Notes under the pieces: model-generated
The model's input: the letters and a program-made list of their open reading frames with translations, nothing else
What the model was told of the DNA's origin: nothing
The model's database searches: none
Shown: piece after piece, positions 50,854-60,919 of the stretch
Layout: every line of letters starts with the position of its first letter
How positions within the stretch are numbered: the stretch's first letter is position 1
Made by a program: the position numbers and the translations under genes
Source of the DNA: Acidobacteriota bacterium
Lineage (GTDB): Bacteria; Acidobacteriota; UBA6911; RPQK01; CBDAPI01
Length of the DNA stretch: 64,000 bases
Assembly: GCA_965214465.1 (NCBI GenBank)
Contig: CBDCBX010000021.1
Coordinates: 943,197-1,007,196, forward strand
Direction: 5' to 3'

Positions 50854-52068
50854 TTACCTCGTGCTCAAACCGAGGACGGATCGGTAAACACTCTCCAGCT
50901 TCCGGCCACTCTGATGCCAATCGTGTTGAGAAGCGACATAGCGTCTCCCCGCCGCTCCCATCTCCTGTCTGAGAGCAGAGCTCTCGAGAAGCCGGCCGAT
51001 GTTCTCTGCAAAGCCCTCTGGATCTTCCGCCACGAGCAGGTCCCTGCCCGGCTGCGCCCCGAGTGCACGCACAGCGGAGGGATAGGCGACCAGTGGAATC
51101 CCACAGCTGAGGGCTTCCAGCACCTTGTTCTGGACACCGACCGAGTAGGTCAGCGGAGCCACCGCCACAGCGGCCCTTCTCAGGTAGGGCCGCAAGTCCG
51201 GGACCTGACCCACCACCCGGATCCGACCCTGACCGGAGCGGCGAGAAAGTCGGTGAAGAATCCTGGGGGGCCCGGCTCCAACGACCCAGAAGCGCACCCC
51301 GGGGCGAGTCTCCCATACGACCGGGAGAACCTTCTTTACAAAATGGATAACCGCCGATACATTGGCGTGAAAACTCATTTTTCCAGAAAACACCAGGGTC
51401 TCCGCATCCGCCTCGATATCAGATGAGGGGGAGAAATAGCTGCTGTCCACGCCGTTTGGAACTACCGCAACCGGAGCCCTTCCCCCGGACTTCTCCAGGA
51501 GGGCTTGATCCTGTGTGCCCGCCACAACCACTGCAGCGAACCGATCCCGCAACCAGGCTTCACATCTGCGAGTCCGTTCCAACTCAAAGTGCGCTACCAG
51601 CCGAACCAGTCTGCTTGCAGCCCTGGCTCGCGCCTGCTCAACCAGCCAGGAAATGGTATCGACGGCATCCCAGACAACAGGAGGACCGTCCGGAAAAGCC
51701 TCGCGAATGCGGGCACCAAACACCGCGCCCCGAAGATGTTCCACATGAACAAGGTCGTAGTCGCCCGACTCCAGCTCGTGCCGGATCCAATCCCACAACT
51801 CGGGTTGGAAGGAGTAGAAGTACTGGAGAGGAAGTCCCCTGCCAACGGCCTGCAGCGAGTTCTTAATTCTCTGGAACAAACTGAGCTGAAAACACTTGAC
51901 GTCGACTCCCCAGGAGCTGAGCTGGCGGAGAGCGTCCGTGTTGTCAGGAAACTCGGCCAGGGTGCCGAGTCTCAATCGGTGCCCGCTCTCACTCAGAACT
52001 CGAAGCAGTTCGAATGGGCGGACCCGGATCCGGCTCGGCAGATAGGCCGTCAGGTACAAAATCTTCAT
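50854..52068 (-). CDS. Glycosyltransferase family 4 (GT-B fold)
   Basis: C-terminal Glycos_transf_1 motifs (AVAPLTYSVGVQNKVLEALSCGIPLVAY). The start was chosen at MKILYLTAYLP. Confidence 0.75.
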   Translation of the reverse strand: MKILYLTAYLPSRIRVRPFELLRVLSESGHRLRLGTLAEFPDNTDALRQLSSWGVDVKCFQLSLFQRIKNSLQAVGRGLPLQYFYSFQPELWDWIRHELESGDYDLVHVEHLRGAVFGARIREAFPDGPPVVWDAVDTISWLVEQARARAASRLVRLVAHFELERTRRCEAWLRDRFAAVVVAGTQDQALLEKSGGRAPVAVVPNGVDSSYFSPSSDIEADAETLVFSGKMSFHANVSAVIHFVKKVLPVVWETRPGVRFWVVGAGPPRILHRLSRRSGQGRIRVVGQVPDLRPYLRRAAVAVAPLTYSVGVQNKVLEALSCGIPLVAYPSAVRALGAQPGRDLLVAEDPEGFAENIGRLLESSALRQEMGAAGRRYVASQHDWHQSGRKLESVYRSVLGLSTR

Positions 52069-52466
52069 GGTAGACGTCATCCCAGGCAACGTAGTTGCGC
52101 CGCCAATCATAGAGGGAAACCACAGTCTCCCGGCCACTCCGGCCCAATCTGCGGGACATGCTGCGGTCTTTCAAGGTGAGACAGACGGCGTCTGCAAAAC
52201 CGGGAGCCCCATCAGCTACCAGGATATTCGCGCCCGAGGTCGCTTCCAGCCCCTCCGCACCCATCGTAGTACTGACAACAGGCAGACCGTGACTCCAGGC
52301 GTCCAGAATCTTGACCCTCGTGCCCGAGCCGGACTGCAAGGGCACGACAAGCACGGCCGTCTCAGCCAGGATTTCATCGAGTCGGGGTTGATATCCCAGG
52401 ATCTCGACTCCGGAAACTCGCCTGATCCTGCCAGAGAGCTTGCCCGGTTGCGCTCCGATGACGCTA
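51989..52466 (-). pseudogene. GT4 glycosyltransferase, 3' half separated from its 5' half by IS copy 3
   Basis: ILDAWSHGLPVVSTTMGAEGLEATSGANILVADGAPGFADAV is a GT4 C-terminal domain. The frame is entered from IS sequence (MGPNLTRIQISCIIRV). Confidence 0.75.
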
Positions 52467-54104
52467 ACCCGGATTATGCATGAGATCTGAATCCGAGTGA
52501 GATTTGGGCCCATAAAAAGAGCCGTAGCTCTCTGATATAAAAGGGTTTACACAAACAAGACCCTAACCAGGAGCTACGGCAATGTTAAGAGCAGTCTGCC
52601 AGAATACCCTGCCATTTCACAGCCACAGAAAGATCACGGCGCGTTTTGATGGGGGGAGCCTCACTTCCGACGCAGGATGGTTGTTGTTTGGATCGGTGGA
52701 TCGGCAACATCGGCTCTGCGAGGGCTTCAGTTCGTGTATTTCGGAGAGTCGAGACCAACGCTACATTCGTCATGATCTGTTGAAGTTGATCCGACAACGA
52801 GTCTTGCAGATCGTGGCCGGCTACGAAGACTGTAATGACGCCGATACGCTGCGCTCGGATCCGATGCTCAAAACCGTCTGTGATCAGTTGCCGGAGAGCG
52901 ATCCGGATTTGGCCACGCAGCCGACTTTCTCCCGCTTGGAGAACTCCGTCACCAGGAAGGATCAGATGCGTTTGAGCCAGTGGCTGCTAGGCCGTTATGT
53001 GCGCTCCCTGAAGAAAAGACGTCCCGGTAAGATCATCCTGGATCTGGACAGTACCGACGACCACACCCACGGCCAGCAGGAGTTCTCCTTCTACCACGGG
53101 TATTACCGAAGCCACATTCTGCATCCTTTGCTGATCTTCGATGCCGACACCGAGACCTGGTGTGTGCCGTGTTGAGACCTGGCAACAAGGGAGCTGCCTC
53201 TCACATCGTGCCCATTCTGAAGCGAGTCGTGGAGGCTATCCGACAAGGAGTGGGGACGGATGTCGAGATTGAGATTCGGGCCGACAGCGGCTTTGCCACG
53301 CCGCGGCTCTACGAGTTCTGTGAGGCTGAAGAGAATCAACTCCAGTATGTCATTGGGTTAAGTCGAAACCCTCGCCTGCAGCGAGTGGTCGAGCCCCTGC
53401 TGGATTCGACTCGGGAAAGGTTCCTTGAGCTGGAGGAAAAACAGCGTCAGTTTGACGAGTTTCTTTATCGAGCCAACAGCTGGGATCGATCTCGTCGCGT
53501 CATCGTCAAAGTGGAGGTCGATCAGCGCGGGATCAATCGTCGCTTTGTGGTCACCAACCGGGACGATCTCTGCTCCCAATCACTTTATGACCACTACACA
53601 AACCGAGGACAGACCGAAAACTTCATCAAGGCCTTCAAGAATCATCTGAGCATGGACCGACTCAGCTGTCATCGATTCCTGGCCAATCAGTTTCGACTCC
53701 TTCTGCATGCCCTGGCTTACCAGATGTTCGTGCGCCTGCGCGACTATCTGCACGGGACCCCCTGGCACAAGCTCGAAATCGACGTCGTCGTGTCCTCAAG
53801 ATCGGGGCCCGGATCCGACAAACCACTCGACGCATCTGGGTCCATCTTTCTTCAGCCTTTCCCGAACAACCCCTCTTCCACCTCGTCTTGAGTCGTCTCA
53901 ACTCCAGCTAGCCTCTCCCAGCTCCCCGACCGCTTCCGATACTCACCCAGGCCCAGATCTGTCTGAAATTCACTCCCCAACCACTTCAAACGCCTCGCCA
54001 ACCGATATTCTTCGCAAATCCGCCTGTCACACCTGTCCGCTTTCGAGTTGAGCCACTTCTCGAGTCGTTTTCAACTCCGGACTACGGTTCTTGCATAATC
54101 CGGG
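52467..54104 (+). mobile_element. IS element copy 3 (1638 bp, decayed)
   Basis: Same terminal inverted repeats. 4-bp direct repeat CTAA (52463-52466, 54105-54108). Sits inside a GT4 gene. Confidence 0.85.
52582..53891 (+). pseudogene. Transposase pseudogene (copy 3)
   Basis: Frameshift at ~53150 (CGGGAG to CCGAG). A 7-nt deletion near 53780. An L-to-Q substitution. Read as two ORFs, 52582..53175 and 53160..53891. Confidence 0.8.
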
Positions 54105-54916
54105 CTAAAGACGGCCGCTGGGTGCTCTCGAAACACACCAGGCCAAACCCGTCTGACAAACCACTCAACCGCCTCGCGGTTGGGAGGCCAGTGGAGTCCA
54201 CCCACGAAGGTCACCCTGAAGCGCTCGGCATCAGACTGGGTGAGTTCGTGCCGTTCAATCGATATTGGGATCACTTGATGAACCGCCTGTTCACCGCCTG
54301 GCTGCCTGGTTGAAACCTCCTCGCGAAATGATCTCAGGTCGGCCTCATTCACCCAGACAATTCGGTCGAACCGGCGCATCAACTGGTCTTCCTCACGGCG
54401 AAGCCATCCTTCCTCCAGACCAAGCCAGGTCTTGAGAAGAGGATTCCTGGTAGAACCCCGAAAGGACCTGAGGATCCGAAACAGCGCGTTGTGCCGGTCA
54501 AGGACAGTGAGAGTTCTTCCTTCTTGCAACTCCGCGGCTCGCAACGCATAGGGTGCCATCCAGATCTGATCCGCATGCACCGCATCAAAGGGGCCGCTCT
54601 CCCGCACTTCTCTCTCCAGTGCTCTGAACATGGGCTCCTGGAGATTCCTGGCCAGCAGAAAGGATCGTCGGGCCAAAACGTTTGTGAGAAGACAGCTCAG
54701 ATCAAAGAGTTTCGCACGCTCAATGGGAACCGCCTTGACGTCCTGACAGATCGTTCGCAGCTGATTCATAAACGCAGGCTGATCGGATGGCCTGGAGAAT
54801 GCCAGCAGACGCACGTCGTGTTGAAGACTGAGATGCCTCAGCGTGTAGTAGAGCCGGACCTTGGCACCCGAATCGAGCGGAAAAGGCACGAGCTGACTCA
54901 GAACGAGTATTTTCAC
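54105..54916 (-). pseudogene. GT4 glycosyltransferase, 5' half upstream of IS copy 3
   Basis: MKILVLSQLVPFPLDSGAKVRLYYTLRHLS is a GT4 N-terminal domain. The ORF runs into the IS end, and the last 11 residues are IS-encoded. Confidence 0.75.
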
Positions 54917-54925
54917 GCTTCCTGC

Positions 54926-55864
54926 TCAAAAATGACGCAAGTTCTTCAAGAGTTCCAAATGACGCCCGCTCAACTCCTGGTAGTAAGATCGCCGACCGGT
55001 CCGATCGAAGGGGCCCAGCGCCGCCGCCGGCAGGCGGGACAGGGCCACCATATAGAGACCCAGCTTGTAGGCCATTGCCCTCCATCTTCCGCCGTGCTTT
55101 CTGAAGAAAAGAACCTTGGATTTGTAAAGCTCTTGAAACATCTTGCGTGTCCTCTGCCCGGTGCTGACTCCCCCGATGTGGATCACTTCGGCCCGGGGCT
55201 CCCAGGCTATCTTCCAGCCGGCTGTTCGTGCCCGGACACAAAGGTCCCATTCTTCCGAATACATGAAGAATGACTCGTCAAAGCCGCCCAGAGTCTGAAA
55301 CATGTCCTTGCGAACCAGCAGACAGGATCCCTCCAGCATTTCCACACTCCGGCACCCATCCCTCGCAACATCCCTCGCTGCCCCGGAAACGGAGAAGAGT
55401 CGGCTTAGATGGAAAAGGTCCAGCAATTCACTCCACCAGGTCGGCTCGCGAAAACCGGATCTGTCCGGGATGCCTTCGCGGTTCCTGAGGGCGGGACCGA
55501 CGATTCCGGTGTGCGGATCCGCCTTCAGAGTGTCGACCAGCCGGACCAGAGAGTGCAGTTGCAGGAAGGCGTCAGGATTGAGAATCAACACCAGATCTCC
55601 GCGGGCCTGGGCCACGGCCCGATTGACAGCCGCCCCGAACCCCAGGTTGCGCTGGTTTCTGAGGATACGAGCTGCCGGATAGCCCCTGCTGACGCTATCG
55701 ATCGAGGTATCGGTGGAAGCGTTGTCCACCACCAGAAGTTCGGTATCCTCCCTCCCGATCTCATCGAATTCCTCCCCCAGGCACTTCAGGCATTCCTCGA
55801 TCGTAGCCTTGCTGTTCCAGAGAACGATGACTGCGCTCACGGAGACTCCAGCGTGTTTATCCAA
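54926..55864 (-). CDS. Glycosyltransferase family 2
   Basis: VSAVIVLWNSKATIEECL...LLVVDNASTD...LNPDAFL: a GT2 Rossmann with DxD. Confidence 0.8.
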   Translation of the reverse strand: MDKHAGVSVSAVIVLWNSKATIEECLKCLGEEFDEIGREDTELLVVDNASTDTSIDSVSRGYPAARILRNQRNLGFGAAVNRAVAQARGDLVLILNPDAFLQLHSLVRLVDTLKADPHTGIVGPALRNREGIPDRSGFREPTWWSELLDLFHLSRLFSVSGAARDVARDGCRSVEMLEGSCLLVRKDMFQTLGGFDESFFMYSEEWDLCVRARTAGWKIAWEPRAEVIHIGGVSTGQRTRKMFQELYKSKVLFFRKHGGRWRAMAYKLGLYMVALSRLPAAALGPFDRTGRRSYYQELSGRHLELLKNLRHF

Positions 55865-57307
55865 TCAGATTCCCCTGGCAGCGGCTCTTGACGGTTTCTC
55901 TTCTTTCGGGTGCGGTGACGGCTCTTGCAGCGACCCGGCGGTTGCAATTGCCGCGCCCGCGAAAAGCCAGGAGAGGACGCTGGCGCGAAATCCAGCCACG
56001 CCGACGTTGTAAACAAACGGGATCAGCCAGTCGGCCAAAGCCGCTGCCGACAGGCATCCGATCCAGCCTCCCCAGCATGCAAACAGGAATGCCCGCGAGA
56101 AGCCGGATCCGATCCGGTGTCTGGCACGCCAGATCATACGCAGGAACTCCAGTGAAAACCAGAACAGAAAGAGAAGTCCCAGTAGCCCCGTCTGGGCGGC
56201 AATGTCGACATAGTTGTTGTGAGAACTAAAGGGCACAAACCAGCCTAGAATCGGAGAGAAGGCGACCTCGTAATAATAGTTGGCCATGCCCAGCCCGAGC
56301 AGTGGGTACCTCAACACCAGGTCCGAGACGATCTTGAGCGCCTCCCAGCGAGTCAGGAGACTGTACGACTGATCTCCAACCATGATGAGCGCCAGAAGAT
56401 CCTCCCAGTAGAGTCCTGCCAGCAGGAGCGCGGCGACGGTGAGCACGACTCCCCACCGGGGCGAGGAAATCCAGATTACGGCCATCACCCCGACCAGTGG
56501 AGGCAGCCATCCGGTGGCCCAGGCCAGGTTGAAGGTCAAGGAAGACCAGAGACTGACCACAACGATGCCCCCACAGGCCAGCCTCCAGTACCGACTCAGG
56601 TCTCGATTCCAAAAACACTGCCCCAGAGCCAGCACAACCAGCCAGGTTCGGAAAACGCCTTTGACGGTCTCCTGGGGAACCACGGCGTCGGTCGCTGAGG
56701 ACACTCCTGGAACCACAAATCGAAGCAGAAACAGTCCTCCCAGGAGCAGGAATACGACAGTCAGAACTCTTCGATGATGCTCACTGACCTCCGGGTGCAG
56801 TGCCAGCAGCATGGCCCCTATGGAGAGCAGGAACAACGCAAGCCCCGCGACCTGCCCCCGCAGAGGGGCGCTCGCAAACTGGGATGAACCCGACGTTCGG
56901 AACAACCCGGCGCAAAAGGAGACAAGACCGGTCACAGCAAGTCCATAGAGAGGAAGAGTGACTCGATTGGCGAGCGTCCAGAGTTTGCCCTCCAAGACGA
57001 CCCTGACCAGCAGTACACCCACAGCAATCGAAGTCAGAATGATGACAGCATTGAGCCTGGAAGTGGTGCCGATGTCGAGTTCGAAGGGAACCAGGAACGC
57101 CGATCCCACGATCAAGGCTGGTATGTAGCCCATGTGGACCCAGAGCAGCCGTCCCGCGATCACCGCTGCGGGCAGAGCCAGGGCCAGCCACGGCGCCCGG
57201 CTGGCCACCAGCAGTGACTGCAGGACACAGAGAGTCCAGATGGCGATCAACCAGATCAGAGGTTTACGCAGGGGAAAATTGGGCAACGATACCGGGAGGG
57301 CCTTCAA
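55865..57307 (-). CDS. O-antigen polymerase/ligase-family (Wzy_C) membrane protein
   Basis: More than 10 TM helices. Wzy_C region with SHNNYVDIAAQTGLLGLLF. Confidence 0.7.
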   Translation of the reverse strand: MKALPVSLPNFPLRKPLIWLIAIWTLCVLQSLLVASRAPWLALALPAAVIAGRLLWVHMGYIPALIVGSAFLVPFELDIGTTSRLNAVIILTSIAVGVLLVRVVLEGKLWTLANRVTLPLYGLAVTGLVSFCAGLFRTSGSSQFASAPLRGQVAGLALFLLSIGAMLLALHPEVSEHHRRVLTVVFLLLGGLFLLRFVVPGVSSATDAVVPQETVKGVFRTWLVVLALGQCFWNRDLSRYWRLACGGIVVVSLWSSLTFNLAWATGWLPPLVGVMAVIWISSPRWGVVLTVAALLLAGLYWEDLLALIMVGDQSYSLLTRWEALKIVSDLVLRYPLLGLGMANYYYEVAFSPILGWFVPFSSHNNYVDIAAQTGLLGLLFLFWFSLEFLRMIWRARHRIGSGFSRAFLFACWGGWIGCLSAAALADWLIPFVYNVGVAGFRASVLSWLFAGAAIATAGSLQEPSPHPKEEKPSRAAARGI

Positions 57308-58413
57308 TTCCCTTCTCCGGCTTCATCCACGAGGCGCAGGAAGGCAGGAAGCACCTGCCGGCAGTCGTGGTGGCACGATACAAACTCGCGGGCCGCCGCG
57401 GCCAGACTGTCTCGCTTGCCGTCATCGGCCAACAGCTGGACGACGGCGTCGGAAAAGCTCTCAGCCGAGTCAGCCAGAGAGAGATGAGTCCCGGCCGAAA
57501 TGTCCAGCCCCTCTGCTCCCAGTGAGGTAGAGACAACGGGAACGCCCAGCGCCATCGATTCCAGAATCTTGAGCCTCGTCCCACCTCCGTCCAGCAGAGG
57601 GACGATGCAGAGCTTCACGCGGCCAAACAGCTCATGCAGGCCTGACCGGCTCAGGTGACCTGTCAGAACGAGACGTGAATCGGGGTTGGCGGGAGGTGGG
57701 CCCCCTCCCGTCACATAGACTTTGAAGTCGCCGACGCGACTGGTGATGGCCGGAAGGACCCGCTGCTGGAACCACTCGATCCCCCTGCGGTTCGGGGTAT
57801 AGGAGCGCGCGCCGGGAAAGATAGCTGCTGATTCTCTGGTACCGAATCCCACCTCGTAGTCCTCCACCCGGACGCAATTCGGGATGACGTGGATTGATCT
57901 ATAGCCGGGCACCCAGTCTTCCAGGATCGTTTTCTCGGCCTCCGAAACAACTGTACATGCAGAGAAACGCCCCAGCAGGCGACGCAGATAGCGCCTGAGC
58001 TTGAAGTTCGTCAGTTCCCTGCGCAGTCGAACCACAGGGGACGAGGCGTGACGTGCCCGATGGGCGAAGAAACCACACTCGATGTCCTCAAGGATGGCAG
58101 GAACCCCGCCGAAGTGCCTCACATAGGCCGCGGTCCTCAACTCAGACGCCACAACCAGGTCAAAGGAGCCCCCGTCAAGCTCCTCTTCGATACGACCTGC
58201 GATCTCTCCCCGGTGTGTGGACACGATGGATCGCGGCTTCGGACTCACGAGACCAAGGACCGCCGAGATCGAATTCGGTTGACAGAGTCGGGCAGGCAAC
58301 CACTCATACTCGATTCCCCGGTTCTTGAGCTCGTGTACTCCTTCTTCTCCGGGTTCTTCCAGAGTCAGGGCCAGCAGCCTGACCTGGTGCCTTGCGACCA
58401 GGTCTTCCAGCAA
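57304..58413 (-). CDS. Glycosyltransferase family 4
   Basis: KILESMALGVPVVSTSLGAEGLDISAGTHLSLADSAESF. The stop overlaps the downstream start (ATGA). Confidence 0.75.
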   Translation of the reverse strand: MLEDLVARHQVRLLALTLEEPGEEGVHELKNRGIEYEWLPARLCQPNSISAVLGLVSPKPRSIVSTHRGEIAGRIEEELDGGSFDLVVASELRTAAYVRHFGGVPAILEDIECGFFAHRARHASSPVVRLRRELTNFKLRRYLRRLLGRFSACTVVSEAEKTILEDWVPGYRSIHVIPNCVRVEDYEVGFGTRESAAIFPGARSYTPNRRGIEWFQQRVLPAITSRVGDFKVYVTGGGPPPANPDSRLVLTGHLSRSGLHELFGRVKLCIVPLLDGGGTRLKILESMALGVPVVSTSLGAEGLDISAGTHLSLADSAESFSDAVVQLLADDGKRDSLAAAAREFVSCHHDCRQVLPAFLRLVDEAGEGN

Positions 58414-58481
58414 AGATGCAATTCTCAGCTTGGATCCGTTGTCGCAGGGAAAGGGAAACCAGGACGAAAGAAAGAGGATTC

Positions 58482-59729
58482 TCAGGGGAGGCTCCCGCCC
58501 ACTCCGTCCAGCACTCGATCAAGATACCCTTCGAGGCTGCTGCCGGTTATGTCCTGAGTAAAACGAGACGTGACCGTTTCTTGCCCGGCTCTTCCCAGTT
58601 GGTGAACCAGTTCTCGATTGCTAATCACGCGAGAGATGCTCCGGGCCAGTTGATCTACGTTACCGCACTCAAAGGTGAGGGCATTCTCACCGTCCCGCAG
58701 AATCTCGGGCTGCCCTCCAACCTCGGACCCGATGACCAGCACGCCGGCCCCCATCGCTTCCAATACCGTCCTGGCGAAGGGCTCGGCCCAGACAGATGTG
58801 AAGAGTAGAACATCGGAACTTCCCAGCAACTGAGCGATCCGTGCACTGGTCACCTGACCGGCAAACTCCACGATTTCTTCCAGGCCTTCCCGCGTAACAA
58901 TGGATTGCAGTTCCTCTTCGTAATCGGGGTGACCACCCCCGGCAATCGTGAGCAGCACCCGACTCCGCTGCTCCTCATCCAGCCGTGCCAGGGCCTCCAG
59001 GGCCAGGTGCGTCCCTTTATCACGGACCAGTCGACCTACAGACAAAAGTCTCAGCCGGCGGTCCGGACCCTTGCGACTTCGGACCTGAACACAGGACTCC
59101 GGAGGAACGCACAGGTAAATGACTTGCGCCGTTTCCTGCAGAACGCCACTCGATATCAGTCGCTCCCGAACAAAGTGGCTGACGCAGATAGACCGCTCAA
59201 AACGCAGTTGGGGAGGATAACCGTCTGCCCGAAGCTGCCCTAAGGCAACTCCCCGTAGCAGCTTCTTGAGGAGTTCTCTCCAGCGGCGCCGCGCCGGGCT
59301 CTGCCAGTACTGCAGGTGCAGGTCCAGGTCAGTGGGCCAGTAGGACGCCAGGTAGTAGACGACTCGGTCAGGGATTCTCTTTTCCAGAAGTTCCGGGAGA
59401 AGAGTTGTCAGGTTCCACATGCTCCAGACCACAACCAGATCGGGCGAATAATCCTCCAGAAGGTCGGAAAGAGCTTCCAGGTTGGCTTTCTCGCGGCGGC
59501 GGTGATGAAGAAAGAAATCAAGAGGTCGATAGTGATAGTCATGGGCCTGCGGCCAGAGGCTCCGGTAGACACCCTTCTCCCGCCCCGCGGCAGAGCGGTT
59601 GGCCCGACTCGTCAGAATGCGCACCTCGTGCCCCCGGGTCCCGAGCCACTCTGCCATTTCGGCGCAGCTCAATTCGTATCCACCCAGGTGCAATGGGGGG
59701 TAGGCGCTGGTCAAGAAAAGGAGTCTCAC
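58482..59729 (-). CDS. Glycosyltransferase family 4
   Basis: RTVLEAMGAGVLVIGSEVGGQPEILRDGENALTF. The GTG start at 59729 overlaps the upstream TGA (GTGA). The ORF-track ATG at 59798 would overlap the upstream gene by 73 nt. Confidence 0.7.
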   Translation of the reverse strand: MRLLFLTSAYPPLHLGGYELSCAEMAEWLGTRGHEVRILTSRANRSAAGREKGVYRSLWPQAHDYHYRPLDFFLHHRRREKANLEALSDLLEDYSPDLVVVWSMWNLTTLLPELLEKRIPDRVVYYLASYWPTDLDLHLQYWQSPARRRWRELLKKLLRGVALGQLRADGYPPQLRFERSICVSHFVRERLISSGVLQETAQVIYLCVPPESCVQVRSRKGPDRRLRLLSVGRLVRDKGTHLALEALARLDEEQRSRVLLTIAGGGHPDYEEELQSIVTREGLEEIVEFAGQVTSARIAQLLGSSDVLLFTSVWAEPFARTVLEAMGAGVLVIGSEVGGQPEILRDGENALTFECGNVDQLARSISRVISNRELVHQLGRAGQETVTSRFTQDITGSSLEGYLDRVLDGVGGSLP

Positions 59730-60916
59730 GGCAGCCCCCGCTTCTTCCCCAGTGCACTGCGGGCTGTTATGGAGCGAAAGCCGCGGTTGAGAAGCCACCC
59801 GGGAGATTGCCGCACAGCCCGCAGGGCTGAGTTCAGCGCCTCTGCAGGCCTTCCCCTCTGGTAGCTCCCGAAGGTGTGCACTCCCAGGAAATGACCCAGG
59901 ACGGCTCGCCGCAGGGACTGGGTCTGACCAAGCCGCGGCGGAAGACAGTTGAAGAACTGATCCACGATCAGTGCGCCCCTTTGGGGCGGGGTGCCAAACT
60001 CATACAGATTCTCAATAAACTGCCCCAGCATGGAAACAAATTCCCGGGCCGGAGGTGCGAAAAAGCCGGGGTCGCTTTGAAAAGCCGCTACCATCCACTG
60101 ACGGGCTCGCTCTCCCTCTCCACTGGCACATCGCAGGCAGGCGTTTTCAGTGCAGGCGATCGCTTCTTCCCGATCCTTGGCCTGCTCCGGAATCGAATCG
60201 CCCAGTCGATCAAGGGCTCTGTGCAGAATGCGGAGACGGGCCTGCTCTCGCCCCCGTTTCAGATCGAGTGGATACGCCGCTCCTCGATACCGCCGATAGT
60301 AGTAGAGCGACTCCCTCAGGTAGTAAACGGGGTGGCGAATTGCAGTCTGCAGGATCAGGTCCCAGTCGGTCCCCCAGTGGAGCTCGCAGTCGAAGGGCTC
60401 GTCTTTCAGGAAAACTCGTCGAAACATGCAGGCGCTGGAGCGGGCAGGGTTGGCGCGGAGAATGCTTTCCGTCATCCGCCGACGATCCTGGAGGGGGGGA
60501 AGCTGGCGGTACTCCTCGCAAATCGAGCGGCCAGCCTCATCCATCTCGATGGCGGCCGTAAAGCTCAGCGCGACGTCGGGCCTCAGACGCATTTCCTCCA
60601 CCTGACGCTTCAGAAAATCGGAGTGCCAGCAATCGTCGGCATCCAAAAATGCAACAAACTCCCCGCGAGCTCGCCGCACACCTGCGTTTCGAGCCGCAGG
60701 CTCTCCCTGATTCTGCTGCCGGTGGTAGCGGATCCGGTTCAAGAAAGGGTTCAGAACCTCTGGAGTCTGGTCAGTCGAGCCGTCGTCAATGACAATGATC
60801 TCACGCTTCTCAAAGGTCTGCTTCAGGGCGCTCTCGACCGCCTGCGCGATGTACGCAGCGTGATTACAGGTGGGAATGATGGCTGAGACGAGGGGGGCGT
60901 CCTTGGTGTTGATCAT
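59726..60916 (-). CDS. Glycosyltransferase family 2 with a C-terminal extension
   Basis: VSAIIPTCNHAAYIAQAVESALKQT...IVIDDGSTD...FLDADDCW. Confidence 0.8.
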   Translation of the reverse strand: MINTKDAPLVSAIIPTCNHAAYIAQAVESALKQTFEKREIIVIDDGSTDQTPEVLNPFLNRIRYHRQQNQGEPAARNAGVRRARGEFVAFLDADDCWHSDFLKRQVEEMRLRPDVALSFTAAIEMDEAGRSICEEYRQLPPLQDRRRMTESILRANPARSSACMFRRVFLKDEPFDCELHWGTDWDLILQTAIRHPVYYLRESLYYYRRYRGAAYPLDLKRGREQARLRILHRALDRLGDSIPEQAKDREEAIACTENACLRCASGEGERARQWMVAAFQSDPGFFAPPAREFVSMLGQFIENLYEFGTPPQRGALIVDQFFNCLPPRLGQTQSLRRAVLGHFLGVHTFGSYQRGRPAEALNSALRAVRQSPGWLLNRGFRSITARSALGKKRGLP

Positions 60917-60919
60917 CGG

